From Patescibacteria group bacterium (GTDB taxonomy: Bacteria > Patescibacteriota > Minisyncoccia > Phycocordibacterales > SBAW01), in NCBI GenBank assembly GCA_019752125.1, contig JAIEMM010000007.1:1-61654 (forward strand): a DNA stretch of 61,654 nt. Direction: 5' to 3'. This document shows, piece by piece, positions 16,913 through 27,033 of the stretch. The notes under the pieces are model-generated. The model was not told where the DNA came from and did not search any database. It saw only the letters and a list, made by a program, of their open reading frames with translations. The position numbers and the translations under genes are program-made. Positions within the stretch are counted from its first letter, which is position 1. The number at the start of each line of letters is the position of its first letter.

Positions 16913-17575
16913 ATGGATGAATCACAGAATTCTGGAAAGAAACCTCAGCTCTCTTGGGCACAGCCTGTTAGTTCAATTAAACCTACACAGATGAAGTCTT
17001 CGCAGAACCCGCCGATCGGTTCTGGGGAAACGCGGACGAATTCTGCTTCGGCACCTGCTCGCAGCGACCACACTATGCGAAATCTTATTATCGCAATAGT
17101 CGCAATACTCGTTGTAATGGGTATTGCGTGGGCTATAACAGGAAACAAAAAAGATTCAGACGCAGTATCAGACACAACCCCTTCAAAAACAGCAGGGAAA
17201 CCCTCAAGCGCTGCAGTTTCAGGAACACCATCTTCTACTGCGCAAGCTTCGTTCCCAAGTGGCCCACTTGTTATCACTTCGCCACAAAATGCAGGTCTTG
17301 AAATTGCTGTTTCAAATGTAGCAGTACAGGTACCAACATGGGTTGTTATTTACGAAAATTATAACGGACAGCCTGGCAATGTGCTTGGCGCGGCACTCTT
17401 CACAAAAGACCGCTCAAGCGGTGCCGTAGATTTGCTCCGCGGCACATTGCCTGGACAGAGCTACTTTGCAGGCGAGGCACGTGATGATGGCGACCACATG
17501 TTCTCCATGGCAAACGACCCAGCAACACGTGACGCAAACGGTAACCCTATAACCCTTAAGTTCGAAACAAAATGA
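16913..17575 (+). CDS. Hypothetical single-TM protein with Ser/Pro linker and C-terminal beta domain
   Basis: TM at about residues 58-76; WVVIYE...PGNVLGAALF motif. Confidence 0.7.
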   Translation: MDESQNSGKKPQLSWAQPVSSIKPTQMKSSQNPPIGSGETRTNSASAPARSDHTMRNLIIAIVAILVVMGIAWAITGNKKDSDAVSDTTPSKTAGKPSSAAVSGTPSSTAQASFPSGPLVITSPQNAGLEIAVSNVAVQVPTWVVIYENYNGQPGNVLGAALFTKDRSSGAVDLLRGTLPGQSYFAGEARDDGDHMFSMANDPATRDANGNPITLKFETK

Positions 17576-18036
17576 AAATAGACCCAATTAGTGCACTGGA
17601 GATCACATATTCGAGCAGGCTTTTGGTAGCAGCATTGCTTGGTATGGCTGTGGGGCTTGAACGCTCTCTTGCAGGGAAACATGCCGGCATGCGGACGTAT
17701 GCTATGGTTTCGCTCGGTTCTGCACTGTTTGTTGCTCTTGGAACACTTGCGTCGTATGAACTGTCGATCTTTTCAGGGATCAATCCGCTCGCAATCGCGG
17801 GCTCTGTCGTAGTTGGCATCGGCTTTATCGGCAGCGGTCTTGCAGCGTTTAAGGGCGACCATATTGAAGTAACTACCGCATCAGGAATTTGGGTTGTGGC
17901 AGCGGTGGGTATGACGGCCGGTTTCGGGCTCTACATACTTGCCGTTGCTGGAACAGTTGTTTCGCTACTGATATTCAGCGTCTTCTCTCGATTAGAGCGT
18001 GTTATGCGTATCCGTTACGGTACTGAGGTTAAATAA
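17572..18036 (+). CDS. MgtC/SapB family membrane protein
   Basis: GLERS...AGMRTYAMVSLGSALF, GIGFIGSG, TTASGIWVVAAVG. Confidence 0.93.
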   Translation: MKIDPISALEITYSSRLLVAALLGMAVGLERSLAGKHAGMRTYAMVSLGSALFVALGTLASYELSIFSGINPLAIAGSVVVGIGFIGSGLAAFKGDHIEVTTASGIWVVAAVGMTAGFGLYILAVAGTVVSLLIFSVFSRLERVMRIRYGTEVK

Positions 18037-18050
18037 TGTAGAATGGTTGA

Positions 18051-18881
18051 ATGAGTTCGTTCTACAAACCAAATCGAAGGCCCGATTATAATTATGGAGG
18101 TCCAAAATGGACGCTTTCTCGTTCAAAAATTGACCTCTTTATGGAGTGTAGTCGGTGTTTTTACATCGACAACAAACTTGGTGTTGCGCGCCCACCTGGT
18201 TTTCCATTTAACTTAAACTCAGCAGTAGACGCATTGCTAAAAAAAGAGCTCGATACGCATCGTGTAAACGGTACCCAGCATCCACTTGCAAAAGAGTATG
18301 GCCTTGATGCAATTCCACTCGCTCATGCAAAAATGGACGAGTGGCGCAACGCGCTCAGCCAAGGAGTGAAGTACGTACACCCAGCGACAGGCCTTACAGT
18401 ACGTGGAGGTGTTGACGATATCTGGGTAAACAAAGACGGCGAGCTTATCGTTATTGACTACAAAGCGACGAGCAAAGATGGAAAGATAGAATCTCTCGAT
18501 GAAGATTGGCATCGCGGATATAAGCGCCAGTTGGAAATATACCAATGGTTGCTTCGCATGAACGGATTCAAAGTATCCGATACGGGGTATTGGTTCTATG
18601 CAAACGCAACAAAAGACCGCGAAGCGTTTGATGCACGCCTCGACTTTGAGCTTACGCTTGTCCCATACACAGGTTCAACAGACTGGGTTGAAGATGTTCT
18701 GATACGCCTCAAGGCATGTCTCGACAGCGATGCATTGCCTCCAGCAGGGGAAGAGTGCGACTACTGCCGGTATCGTGAGGCTGCAGGGAAGGCTCTTATA
18801 AAATTCATTCCTTTAAAATCAAAAAAAATTGCTAAAGAAGAACCCGAATATGAGACACCTGAAAACTCCACCCTCTTCTGA
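18051..18881 (+). CDS. Stand-alone PD-(D/E)XK nuclease (AddB/Cas4-like)
   Basis: LSRSKIDLFMECSRCFY, GGVDDIW, IVIDYKAT, QLEIYQWLL, ECDYC. Confidence 0.85.
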   Translation: MSSFYKPNRRPDYNYGGPKWTLSRSKIDLFMECSRCFYIDNKLGVARPPGFPFNLNSAVDALLKKELDTHRVNGTQHPLAKEYGLDAIPLAHAKMDEWRNALSQGVKYVHPATGLTVRGGVDDIWVNKDGELIVIDYKATSKDGKIESLDEDWHRGYKRQLEIYQWLLRMNGFKVSDTGYWFYANATKDREAFDARLDFELTLVPYTGSTDWVEDVLIRLKACLDSDALPPAGEECDYCRYREAAGKALIKFIPLKSKKIAKEEPEYETPENSTLF

Positions 18882-19152
18882 TTTTGCTAAGAAAGTCCGC
18901 GCCCTTGTGTCCACCATTCCGAAAGGAAAGACGATGACTTATGGGCAGGTTGCTGCGAAAGCAGGTAAACCAGGTGCTGCGCGCGCAGTGGGATACATAA
19001 TGTCAATGAACTATGACCCGAAGGTGCCGTGCCATCGCGTTATCCGCGCTGATGGAAAAGTCGGTGACTATAATCGCGGCGGGGCTATGCGCAAAATGAA
19101 ACTACTCAAAGAGGAAGGCGCACTAAAAACTACGAAGCAAAAAAATAAATGA
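18850..19152 (+). CDS. MGMT family alkylated-DNA repair protein (single domain, active Cys retained)
   Basis: IPKGKTMTYGQVA...ARAVG and PCHRV. Confidence 0.9.
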   Translation: MRHLKTPPSSDFAKKVRALVSTIPKGKTMTYGQVAAKAGKPGAARAVGYIMSMNYDPKVPCHRVIRADGKVGDYNRGGAMRKMKLLKEEGALKTTKQKNK

Positions 19153-19592
19153 AAATTTTAATAATTTCCCCAGGAAAAATACACGACCCATTATTGGCAG
19201 ATGCGATAAGTGAATATGAAAAACGTTTACAGAACCGTCTTCCAATAGAGTGGAGTTTTCCTAAACCAGGAAGCAAAGAAGCTGAGGCAGAGGCCATCAT
19301 AAAGCTACTAAAGAAAGACGATTTCGTTGTCTTGCTTGATGAACGCGGCAAAGATATCGACACTCCTGGTGTGGCAACGTTGCTCGATAAACATCTCCAA
19401 GGGGGCACTAAACGTATGGTATGTATCATCGGCGGAGCCTTTGGTGTAGATAAAACCCTACAAGACTGGGCAAATTTAACGATCAGACTTTCGTCTCTTG
19501 TGTTTCCGCACATGCTCGTGCGACTGATTATTACAGAACAGCTGTATCGCGGTATCTCAATACTCGACGGTAAAAAATACCATCACGCTTAA
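19149..19592 (+). CDS. rlmH: 23S rRNA pseudouridine-1915 N3-methyltransferase
   Basis: LDERGK, IIGGAFG, LSSLVFPHMLVRLIITEQLYR, YHH. Confidence 0.95.
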   Translation: MKILIISPGKIHDPLLADAISEYEKRLQNRLPIEWSFPKPGSKEAEAEAIIKLLKKDDFVVLLDERGKDIDTPGVATLLDKHLQGGTKRMVCIIGGAFGVDKTLQDWANLTIRLSSLVFPHMLVRLIITEQLYRGISILDGKKYHHA

Positions 19593-20275
19593 GAAACCCA
19601 GTCTATTTCTGTGCGATTGTTTTGTTTTAAATATTCGTTTGCGAGTTTGAAGTGGTTGCAACCAAGAAAACCTCTGTGTGCTGAAAGTGGGGAAGGGTGT
19701 ACAGATTTTAAAATTTTGTGTTTTGAAGAATCTATCTCCAATTCTTTCTTACTTGCAAACGCACCCCACAGCATAAAAACAATATTCTCCTCTTTCGCAG
19801 AGAGTGCTTTAATCACCGCATCTGTAAACATATGCCAACCATACTTTGCGTGTGAGTTTGCAAGACCACTCTTTACCGTAAGAGAAGCATTGAGCAGAAG
19901 CACGCCCTGCTTTGCCCAGCGAGTTAAGTCAGAATCTCTATTTATAGACGTGCCGTACTCGAGCTCTATCTCTTTAAAAATATTTAGCAGCGATGGAGGA
20001 ATTTTGTTCGCACTTTCTGTTGAGAAAGAGAGGCCGTGTGCCACACCTGGTGTGTGGTACGGATCCTGTCCTAAAATAACTACTTTTGTATCTTCTGGGT
20101 CAAAGTAGTCGAATGCGCGAAATATTTTCGATGGATGAGGGAAGACTTCTCCATGCAAATACTCCTCCCGCACTTTGGCAGAAAGCTCTTTGAAGTACGT
20201 TTTTTCAAATTCCTCTTCGACGAGTGTCTTCCAAGCTGGAGGTATCTTTACGTTCGAATGTTCCGAAGCGCTCAT
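19589..20275 (-). CDS. ung: Uracil-DNA glycosylase (family 1)
   Basis: VILGQDPYH, GVLLLNASLTV, HPSPLS; start set at 20275 with TATACT 7 nt upstream. Confidence 0.97.
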   Translation of the reverse strand: MSASEHSNVKIPPAWKTLVEEEFEKTYFKELSAKVREEYLHGEVFPHPSKIFRAFDYFDPEDTKVVILGQDPYHTPGVAHGLSFSTESANKIPPSLLNIFKEIELEYGTSINRDSDLTRWAKQGVLLLNASLTVKSGLANSHAKYGWHMFTDAVIKALSAKEENIVFMLWGAFASKKELEIDSSKHKILKSVHPSPLSAHRGFLGCNHFKLANEYLKQNNRTEIDWVS

Positions 20276-20431
20276 ATGTTCAAGTATACAATCGTTGCAT
20301 CTTTGTAAGATTTGTGGTTTTATATATTTCTGCTTTTGCAAAGGAGAGCACAGTTGTCTCAGCTTACTGCGTATCTGGTCCCGTGGCGCCTGAAAGTCGC
20401 CCCACCTCCTGGTAAACCAGGAAACGGTTCA

Positions 20432-20590
20432 TTGCCGATAGAAGCAAGTTCTACTGAGGATGCGAGAAATCGCGTCAGGGCAGCTGTGAGACACAACTAC
20501 AAGCTCACAAGCGTTGAGGATATCACGATCAGCGGAACCATCCTGACCCTCACAAAAGACGAAGCCAAGAAGTTCTTTCCTCATCGCTAG
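20432..20590 (+). CDS. Small hypothetical protein (about 52 aa, TTG start uncertain); accessory cassette
   Basis: AGGAAA upstream; stop followed immediately by terminator. Confidence 0.45.
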   Translation: MPIEASSTEDARNRVRAAVRHNYKLTSVEDITISGTILTLTKDEAKKFFPHR

Positions 20591-20614
20591 CACCACATGT
20601 CGTGGTGCTTTTTT
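20591..20614 (+). terminator. Intrinsic terminator
   Basis: CACCAC-ATGTC-GTGGTG plus T6. Confidence 0.65.
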
Positions 20615-22555
20615 CTACCAAATCTTGGCGCGCTTGTTCGGTTCGCGATAGAGCTTATCGCCCTTTTTAATACCGTACGTTTCGTAGAATGGTTCGAAGT
20701 TAGAAAGCGGCGCATTGATGCGGAACGGCGCATCTGCGTGGGGGTCAGTAAGTGCGCGCATCTTGCGGACTTCTGGACGGGCAATAGTACGCTCCATCTG
20801 AGCAAAGGCTAAGAAGAAACGCATCTCTGGCGAGAGGCCGCCCACAATTTTTCTTCCAGTTTTAGAGAGATGTTTCTGATACGCATCCCAGCCGATAACA
20901 AGCCCGCCCAAATCGGCAATATTTTCTCCTAAGGTAAGTTGGCCGCTCATATTGACGCCCGGCTGCACTTCGTATGCATCAGCCTGCTCCACAACCAACG
21001 TGCTCTTTTGTTCGAATTTCTTTTTATCACCAGCAGTCCACCAGTTTTTCATATTGCCATTGATATCGAATTTTGCACCATTGTCATCAAAGGCGTGCGT
21101 CATCTCGTGACCAATAACAGTACCGATACCTGCATAGTTCAGTGCGTCATCTGCGGAAAGGTCAAAGAATGGCCACTGCAGAATCGCAGCAGGAAACGCT
21201 ATGTCGTTGAGTGTCTGGCTGCAGTACGCGTTAACAGTCTGAGGCGACATAAACCATTCGTCACGGTCGACTTTGTTTTTTTGAAGTTTACGCAAGGACT
21301 TTGCGTATGCGTGTGCATGAACGCGTTCAATGTTACCCAAATAATCATCAGGTTTTATTACAACACCTTTGTATGTATCCCATTTTTTTGGATATCCGAT
21401 CTTGCGGCTAATTGCGCGCAGTTTCTTTATTGCTTTCTTTTTTGTTGCAGGACTCATCCAGTCGAGTTTTTTCATTCGATCTTCGTACACATCGAACAAG
21501 TCGCTTACAAGCGCATCCATTTTTTTCTTGGAAGAAGCAGGGAAGTATTGTGCTACATAGAGCTTGCCGAATGGTTCACCCAAAGCGCCGTTTGCAGCGT
21601 TGAGTGCGCGGCGCCATAGAGGTTTCATCTTTTTAGTGCCGTACATCACCTGGTTGTAGAAACGGAAATTTTCTTTAACAAACGGCTCTGACAAGCTTCC
21701 TGCAAAGTCATTTATAAGATGCCATTCGAGATATACTTTCCAGTCTTCAAGCGGCACTTCTTTAAGCATTTTAAGAACTTCAGCAAAAAACTCAGGCTGT
21801 CCGACAATAATGTTTTGAACATTCTTTGCGCCAATACGTGCAAAATATTCTTTCCAGAATGGAGTCGGACGTACTTTGTGGTAGACCTTTTCAGGGTCGC
21901 GCGTATCCTCTTTTTTCATTGAAGCTTTTGCGAGGCGAGTTTCTATACGCATTACAACTTCCTGGGCACGAGCGATATCCTTTTTTGTAAAACCGGCAAG
22001 CTTCAAGAGCTTCTCGATATGGACTATATACGCATCACGCACACGCGTTTGTTCAGGTCCGTTCTTCAAATAGTAATCGCGTTCAGGCAGGCTCAAGCCA
22101 CCTTGCCATAGATGCATGATGTAGGCAGTGCTATTTTTTGCATCCTGGTCGATAAAGAAATTCCACACACCAGAAACTCCTTCTTTATGGAGATACGCAA
22201 GAGTTTTAAGAAGTTCGTCATACGAAGAAATGTCGGAGATTTTTTTGCGGAAAGGGAGCAGGGGCTTTATACCAAGGGCGTTACGGCGTGGCATATCGAT
22301 TGCTGCGCGATAATAGTCGGCAATCATTTGCTCAGCACTTCCTTTTGGGTGTGCTTTCTTCTTCAACAGCCCATCCATAATAGTTTTGAGATTCTTTTCA
22401 GTCTCAATACGCAGTGTAGTAAAGCTACCCCATGTAGCTTCTTCGGGTGGAATTTTTGCCTTCTTTACCCATCCGCCATTGGCATAGTGGTAAAAATCGT
22501 CTTGCGGGCGAACGCTGATATCTATATTTTTTGCATCAAATCCCCAGTTTTTCAT
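20615..22555 (-). CDS. pepO: M13 family metalloendopeptidase (PepO/neprilysin-like)
   Basis: PQDDFYHYANGGW, VNAY, HEMTHAFD, GENIADLGG. Confidence 0.95.
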   Translation of the reverse strand: MKNWGFDAKNIDISVRPQDDFYHYANGGWVKKAKIPPEEATWGSFTTLRIETEKNLKTIMDGLLKKKAHPKGSAEQMIADYYRAAIDMPRRNALGIKPLLPFRKKISDISSYDELLKTLAYLHKEGVSGVWNFFIDQDAKNSTAYIMHLWQGGLSLPERDYYLKNGPEQTRVRDAYIVHIEKLLKLAGFTKKDIARAQEVVMRIETRLAKASMKKEDTRDPEKVYHKVRPTPFWKEYFARIGAKNVQNIIVGQPEFFAEVLKMLKEVPLEDWKVYLEWHLINDFAGSLSEPFVKENFRFYNQVMYGTKKMKPLWRRALNAANGALGEPFGKLYVAQYFPASSKKKMDALVSDLFDVYEDRMKKLDWMSPATKKKAIKKLRAISRKIGYPKKWDTYKGVVIKPDDYLGNIERVHAHAYAKSLRKLQKNKVDRDEWFMSPQTVNAYCSQTLNDIAFPAAILQWPFFDLSADDALNYAGIGTVIGHEMTHAFDDNGAKFDINGNMKNWWTAGDKKKFEQKSTLVVEQADAYEVQPGVNMSGQLTLGENIADLGGLVIGWDAYQKHLSKTGRKIVGGLSPEMRFFLAFAQMERTIARPEVRKMRALTDPHADAPFRINAPLSNFEPFYETYGIKKGDKLYREPNKRAKIW

Positions 22556-22604
22556 ATATGTTTTGATGATACCCTAAAGGCAAAGAAATTGGTAAGATAT
22601 CGAA

Positions 22605-24476
22605 ATGACCCTAAACGAGGTTAGAACAAAATACTTAGAATTCTATAAAGCACGCGGACATGCCATTATTCCGTCATCCTCCCTCGTACCTCAGAACGAC
22701 CCAACAACGCTTTTTACAGGTTCCGGCATGCAACCTTTGGTGCCGTATTTGCTGGGCAAAAATCATCCAGCAGGTAGTCGTGTCGTAGACTCTCAGAAAT
22801 GCTTCCGTTCGATGGACATAGAAGAGGTTGGAGACAACCGTCACACAACATTCTTCGAGATGCTCGGTAATTGGTCTTTGGGGGACTATTTCAAACAAGA
22901 ACAGCTCCCATGGATCTTTGAATTCCTCACAGATGAGATTGGTCTCGACCCAGAAAAACTTTTTGTTACCGCATTTATCGGCGACGAGAAAAATAATGTT
23001 CCAAAAGACGTAGAGGCTGGAGAAATTTGGCAGAAACTTTTTGCTGGCAAAAATATTGACGCAAAGATAGTTGATATAGGTTCAGAAGAAGATGGCTACC
23101 AGAAAGGCATGCAAGGCGGCCGCATCTTCTACTACGAAGCAAAGAAAAACTGGTGGTCACGCGCAGGAACTCCAGACAAAATGCCCGCAGGAGAGCCAGG
23201 AGGCCCAGATTCTGAGGTTTTTTATGACTTCGGTACACCACACGACACAAAGTGGGGCCCAGAATGCCACCCAAACTGTGATTGCGGCCGTTTCCTCGAG
23301 ATTGGCAACTCCGTATTTATGCAGTACATCAAAAAAGAAGACGGAACCTTCGGTCTTCTTCCTAAACAAAACGTAGACTTCGGCGGCGGTTTGGAACGCA
23401 TTATGATGGCTGCCTCAGGTAATCCAGATATTATTTTGGCAAACCACGGCCCCATTGTTGAATATCTAGAGAAAATCTCAGGTAAAAAATACGAAGACAA
23501 CATCCGTGCGTTCAGAATTATTGCTGACCATATGAAGGCCGCAGTATTTTTGATCGGTGATGGAGTCCGTCCAAGCGCAAGCGACCAAGGATATTATGTT
23601 CGTCGTCTTATACGTCGAAGTGTGCGTTATGCAGATAAGCTCGGAATTGCTCAGAGCGGTTTTGCGAACGTCGTTAAACCTATCGTCGCAATGTATAAAG
23701 ATCAGTATCCGGAACTGAACGAAAAAATTGAGATGATTGAAAGCACTATTTCGACTGAAGAAGAGAAGTTCCACAAGTCACTCTCGCGAGGTATGAAAGA
23801 ATTGGAGCGCTTCATTGGCGTAGGCACTGTCTCTGCCGAAGATGCATTCCAACTTGTAACCACATTCGGCTTCCCACTGGAACTTATTATTGAAGAAGCG
23901 GGGGAGAAGGGTATTAAACAAATCGACATTGAGGGCTTTAAAGAACTTTTGAAGCAGCATCAGGACCTTTCGCGCTCTGGCTCTGAACAAAAATTCAAAG
24001 GAGGCTTGGCAGATACGAATGAAAAAACTGTTCGCCTCCACACAGCGCACCATATATTGCTGAAAGCTCTTCAGGTTGTGCTTGGACCAGAAGTACACCA
24101 ACGCGGATCAAATATTACGCAGGAACGTTTGCGCATAGACTTTAATTACGGTCAAAAAATGACCGACGAACAGAAAAAAGAAGTTGAGCGCATCGTAAAT
24201 GAAAAAATTCAAGAGGATATTCCTGTTATCCGTACTGAAATGTCACTTGAAGAGGCTGATAAGCTCGGCGCAGAACATGAGTTTGGCGCAAAATATCCAG
24301 AACGTGTGTCCGTCTATTCAGTTGGTCCGCTCGACAGCGCTTTCTCTATAGAATTCTGTGGAGGCCCACACGTTGAACACACCGGAGAACTCCTTAAATC
24401 TGGCGCACGTTTCAAAATCCAAAAAGAAGAAGCTGTTTCTGCAGGTGTCCGTCGTATAAAAGCAGTGTTGGAGTAA
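22605..24476 (+). CDS. alaS: Alanine--tRNA ligase, short form lacking C-Ala domain
   Basis: DPTTLFTGSGMQP, RHTTFFEMLGNWSLGDYFK, GGGLER, editing HTAHH and EFCGGPH. Confidence 0.97.
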   Translation: MTLNEVRTKYLEFYKARGHAIIPSSSLVPQNDPTTLFTGSGMQPLVPYLLGKNHPAGSRVVDSQKCFRSMDIEEVGDNRHTTFFEMLGNWSLGDYFKQEQLPWIFEFLTDEIGLDPEKLFVTAFIGDEKNNVPKDVEAGEIWQKLFAGKNIDAKIVDIGSEEDGYQKGMQGGRIFYYEAKKNWWSRAGTPDKMPAGEPGGPDSEVFYDFGTPHDTKWGPECHPNCDCGRFLEIGNSVFMQYIKKEDGTFGLLPKQNVDFGGGLERIMMAASGNPDIILANHGPIVEYLEKISGKKYEDNIRAFRIIADHMKAAVFLIGDGVRPSASDQGYYVRRLIRRSVRYADKLGIAQSGFANVVKPIVAMYKDQYPELNEKIEMIESTISTEEEKFHKSLSRGMKELERFIGVGTVSAEDAFQLVTTFGFPLELIIEEAGEKGIKQIDIEGFKELLKQHQDLSRSGSEQKFKGGLADTNEKTVRLHTAHHILLKALQVVLGPEVHQRGSNITQERLRIDFNYGQKMTDEQKKEVERIVNEKIQEDIPVIRTEMSLEEADKLGAEHEFGAKYPERVSVYSVGPLDSAFSIEFCGGPHVEHTGELLKSGARFKIQKEEAVSAGVRRIKAVLE

Positions 24477-24498
24477 AAAGCGTTATATACTTATCTCC

Positions 24499-25509
24499 AT
24501 GGCAGGGCTGTTTTCGAAGCAGGCTCCTATGGGTATAGGAAAGACCGTTCTTCTCGTTGATATTGAGAACGGTTCTGTTGGCTGTGCGTTGGTGCACCTG
24601 CCTTCGCTGAAGCTGCGGCAGGCAAGTCTGTCTACTGGCAAAGAGCTTCCAAAACTTTTTGCAGAGACGCGAGTTGCCTTGCCAATGATGCGTACGCTCG
24701 ACCTCGAGAAGCTTATGAAGGAAACCGATACTGCCCTTCGCGAAGCGCTTACGCACACTAGCGTTACGGCAGCTCGTATGCGCACCCATGCAAAGCTTTC
24801 ACATATCGGAGCAATACACTCAAGTGCCGTATTTATTTCAGCACCTTGGACTGCCGCACGTACTCAAAACGGCGAACTAGACTGGGAAATCGAATCTGAA
24901 CTCCAAAGCCATATTAGCCGTGCAATTGCCGATACTTTTGGCGATATAGCTATTTCTTTTTACGCCACAAGCGCTGCGGTAGCCCACGCTACAGGCCATT
25001 TATTTGAAACTGCCCCACATCTCTTACTGACTACAATGACAGGAGAGGTCACAGAACTTAGTGTGCTTGAAGATGGCAAACTGACTGCACGAGCAACTAT
25101 TCCTTTCGGTAAACATTTTTTTCTGCGTACACTTTCAAGCCATGCAGGGCTTAGTTACCCAGAGGCTCACTCAGCGCTACGTCTTGCGCGAGGCTCGAAC
25201 ATAGAAACTCCTGTGGAAGAGGCTCTGTATGCCGCAGGTACTCAATTTGCTAGTAACTTTGCAACTGCGGCACAAGAGCTCCATGCGGACAACTCGCCTC
25301 ATGGCATTTTAGTTGTTGCCCAAGAACCAATGGGCGAATGGCTTGTGCAAATGCTTGTAGGACAGGAGGCCCTTACAAAAAGTTTCTCTCAAGGCACCAC
25401 TGTACAGGCTCTCCATACCCACCATGTTATGCCGTATCTCTCAGCCCACGCAGCAAAGCCAGATATCGTCTTTATGGTAGAGGCGCTGTTTATTAATCGA
25501 ATGATATAA
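24499..25509 (+). CDS. Hypothetical actin-fold (FtsA/PilM-like) protein
   Basis: LLVDIENGSV phosphate-1-like motif; ATIPFGKHFFLR..SSHAGLSYPEAHS segment resembling the FtsA/PilM IPFGG motif and following helix. Confidence 0.6.
   Translation: MAGLFSKQAPMGIGKTVLLVDIENGSVGCALVHLPSLKLRQASLSTGKELPKLFAETRVALPMMRTLDLEKLMKETDTALREALTHTSVTAARMRTHAKLSHIGAIHSSAVFISAPWTAARTQNGELDWEIESELQSHISRAIADTFGDIAISFYATSAAVAHATGHLFETAPHLLLTTMTGEVTELSVLEDGKLTARATIPFGKHFFLRTLSSHAGLSYPEAHSALRLARGSNIETPVEEALYAAGTQFASNFATAAQELHADNSPHGILVVAQEPMGEWLVQMLVGQEALTKSFSQGTTVQALHTHHVMPYLSAHAAKPDIVFMVEALFINRMI
24597..24626. repeat. 30-nt palindromic element within CDS (LPSLKLRQAS)
   Basis: CCTGCC/GGCAGG stem; homologous to 8606-8635 but read in another frame. 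Confidence 0.7.
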
Positions 25510-25516
25510 TACTCGT

Positions 25517-26785
25517 ATGCGTGATATGAATCCTCGTAACTCTATTCGTGATATCCCAGTCTCAAGTAGCGGGCATCGTCGCAACAGCCACCAGCAAGAA
25601 CGCTTCGAAGAAGATATCCCACTTCCTCGCCGTCGCAAAGGTTCGCGCCGGTTCCTCTGGATAATGCTTGGCATTATCGTCATTTGTGCTGCTGCTGGTT
25701 TACTTCTTGCAACCTTGTTTGAAGGGGCGACAATCACTATCACGCCAAAAATGCAGAGCATAACGCCACCTGCAAATATTGTCGCACTTCCAAATGCCGG
25801 GGGAGGTAGCCTTGGGTACCAAACTATCGCTCTTTCACAATCTGCAACAACGACAGTAAATGCTACGGGCACGTCCCATGTATCAAAAGCGGCAAGTGGC
25901 GTTATAACTATTTCAAATGTTTTTAGTACTGCCCCCCAATCACTTGTTGCAAATACCCGTTTTGCAGCAGGTGACGGTAAGATCTACAAAATACACAGCG
26001 CTATCACCATTCCAGGAGCAAAGAAAAGTACGAGCGGAACTCTCACGGCAGGCACCATAACCACTACCGTGTACGCCGATGTGGCAGGCCCAGACTACAA
26101 TCGTCCGAACGCCACCACATTTACCATTCCGGGCTTCAAGGGCGGGGACAAATACATAAAAATAACAGCTCAAGCTGCTGCAGGCGCTATCCAAGGAGGT
26201 TTTGTTGGCGATCAACCAAGCATCTCAGAAGTTGATATGAAAAATGCGCAAGCAACTCTCCAAAAGACTCTTGATGCGTCCCTTCGAAGCTCAGTCGGAA
26301 CTCAGATTCCTAACGGCTTTATGCCAGTACAAGGCTCTCTCGCCGTAGACTACTCTGACATTTCTCAATCTAAAGGAGAGGGAACAGTAGTAAATCTCTC
26401 ACAGACCGCCCATGCCTCAATGGCCATGGTAAACGCATCGAGTCTTGCAAGTGTATTGGCTAGACTTTTGGTCACAGGATATAGCGGTGAAGCGGTTGAA
26501 TTTGCCTCACCAAACCCTCTTATCCTCCAGGTCTCAACATCTACAGGAAACGTCACTACGGGCCCTTTAAACCTGCTTCTACAAGGCAATCCGACCCTCG
26601 TATGGCAGTTCGACAAGCAGGCTCTAAAGGCAGCGCTCCTTGGGAAAGATAAAAATGCCTTCGAGGAGGTTATTTCGACCTTCGCTCCTGCCATAGAAAA
26701 AGCGAAAGCCAGCATCCGCCCGTTCTGGAAGGGTCATTTCCCGACAGACGAGTCCAAACTTGGCGTTGTTATTGACGCTCAATAA
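25517..26785 (+). CDS. Single-TM protein with baseplate J/gp47-like extracellular domain
   Basis: Basic N-terminus and TM, then ASGVITISN, LVANTRF, ITIPG, VYADVAGPDYN, GG motifs; TGATATAAT 6 nt before ATG. Confidence 0.6.
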   Translation: MRDMNPRNSIRDIPVSSSGHRRNSHQQERFEEDIPLPRRRKGSRRFLWIMLGIIVICAAAGLLLATLFEGATITITPKMQSITPPANIVALPNAGGGSLGYQTIALSQSATTTVNATGTSHVSKAASGVITISNVFSTAPQSLVANTRFAAGDGKIYKIHSAITIPGAKKSTSGTLTAGTITTTVYADVAGPDYNRPNATTFTIPGFKGGDKYIKITAQAAAGAIQGGFVGDQPSISEVDMKNAQATLQKTLDASLRSSVGTQIPNGFMPVQGSLAVDYSDISQSKGEGTVVNLSQTAHASMAMVNASSLASVLARLLVTGYSGEAVEFASPNPLILQVSTSTGNVTTGPLNLLLQGNPTLVWQFDKQALKAALLGKDKNAFEEVISTFAPAIEKAKASIRPFWKGHFPTDESKLGVVIDAQ

Positions 26786-26819
26786 GGTTTCTGCTATTAT
26801 CGTAGTCACCGCTTTGGTA

Positions 26820-27029
26820 ATGGAAACACACGCACCAGAAGTACAAGGGGTTGTCGAAGAGGCCCTCCCTAATACCCTGTTTCGTGTCTCTCTTGAATCG
26901 GGGGAGGTAATACTTTCATATCTTGCTGGAAAAATGCGACTTCATCGCATAAAAGTTCTAGTAGGGGATAAGGTAATGCTCAAACTCGACCCTTACGGTG
27001 GGAAGGCTCGTATCACACGACGTCTGTAG
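26820..27029 (+). CDS. infA: Translation initiation factor IF-1
   Basis: [35 protein letters not shown]. Confidence 0.96.
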   Translation: METHAPEVQGVVEEALPNTLFRVSLESGEVILSYLAGKMRLHRIKVLVGDKVMLKLDPYGGKARITRRL

Positions 27030-27033
27030 AATA

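Noticed and set aside
18051-18881. Cas4-like protein as a sign of a CRISPR-Cas locus
   Set aside because: No repeat-spacer array or other cas genes in the window; it fits stand-alone PD-(D/E)XK nucleases
25517-26785. Prophage or contractile injection system
   Set aside because: Only one baseplate-like domain, membrane-anchored, with no tail, capsid, terminase or integrase genes
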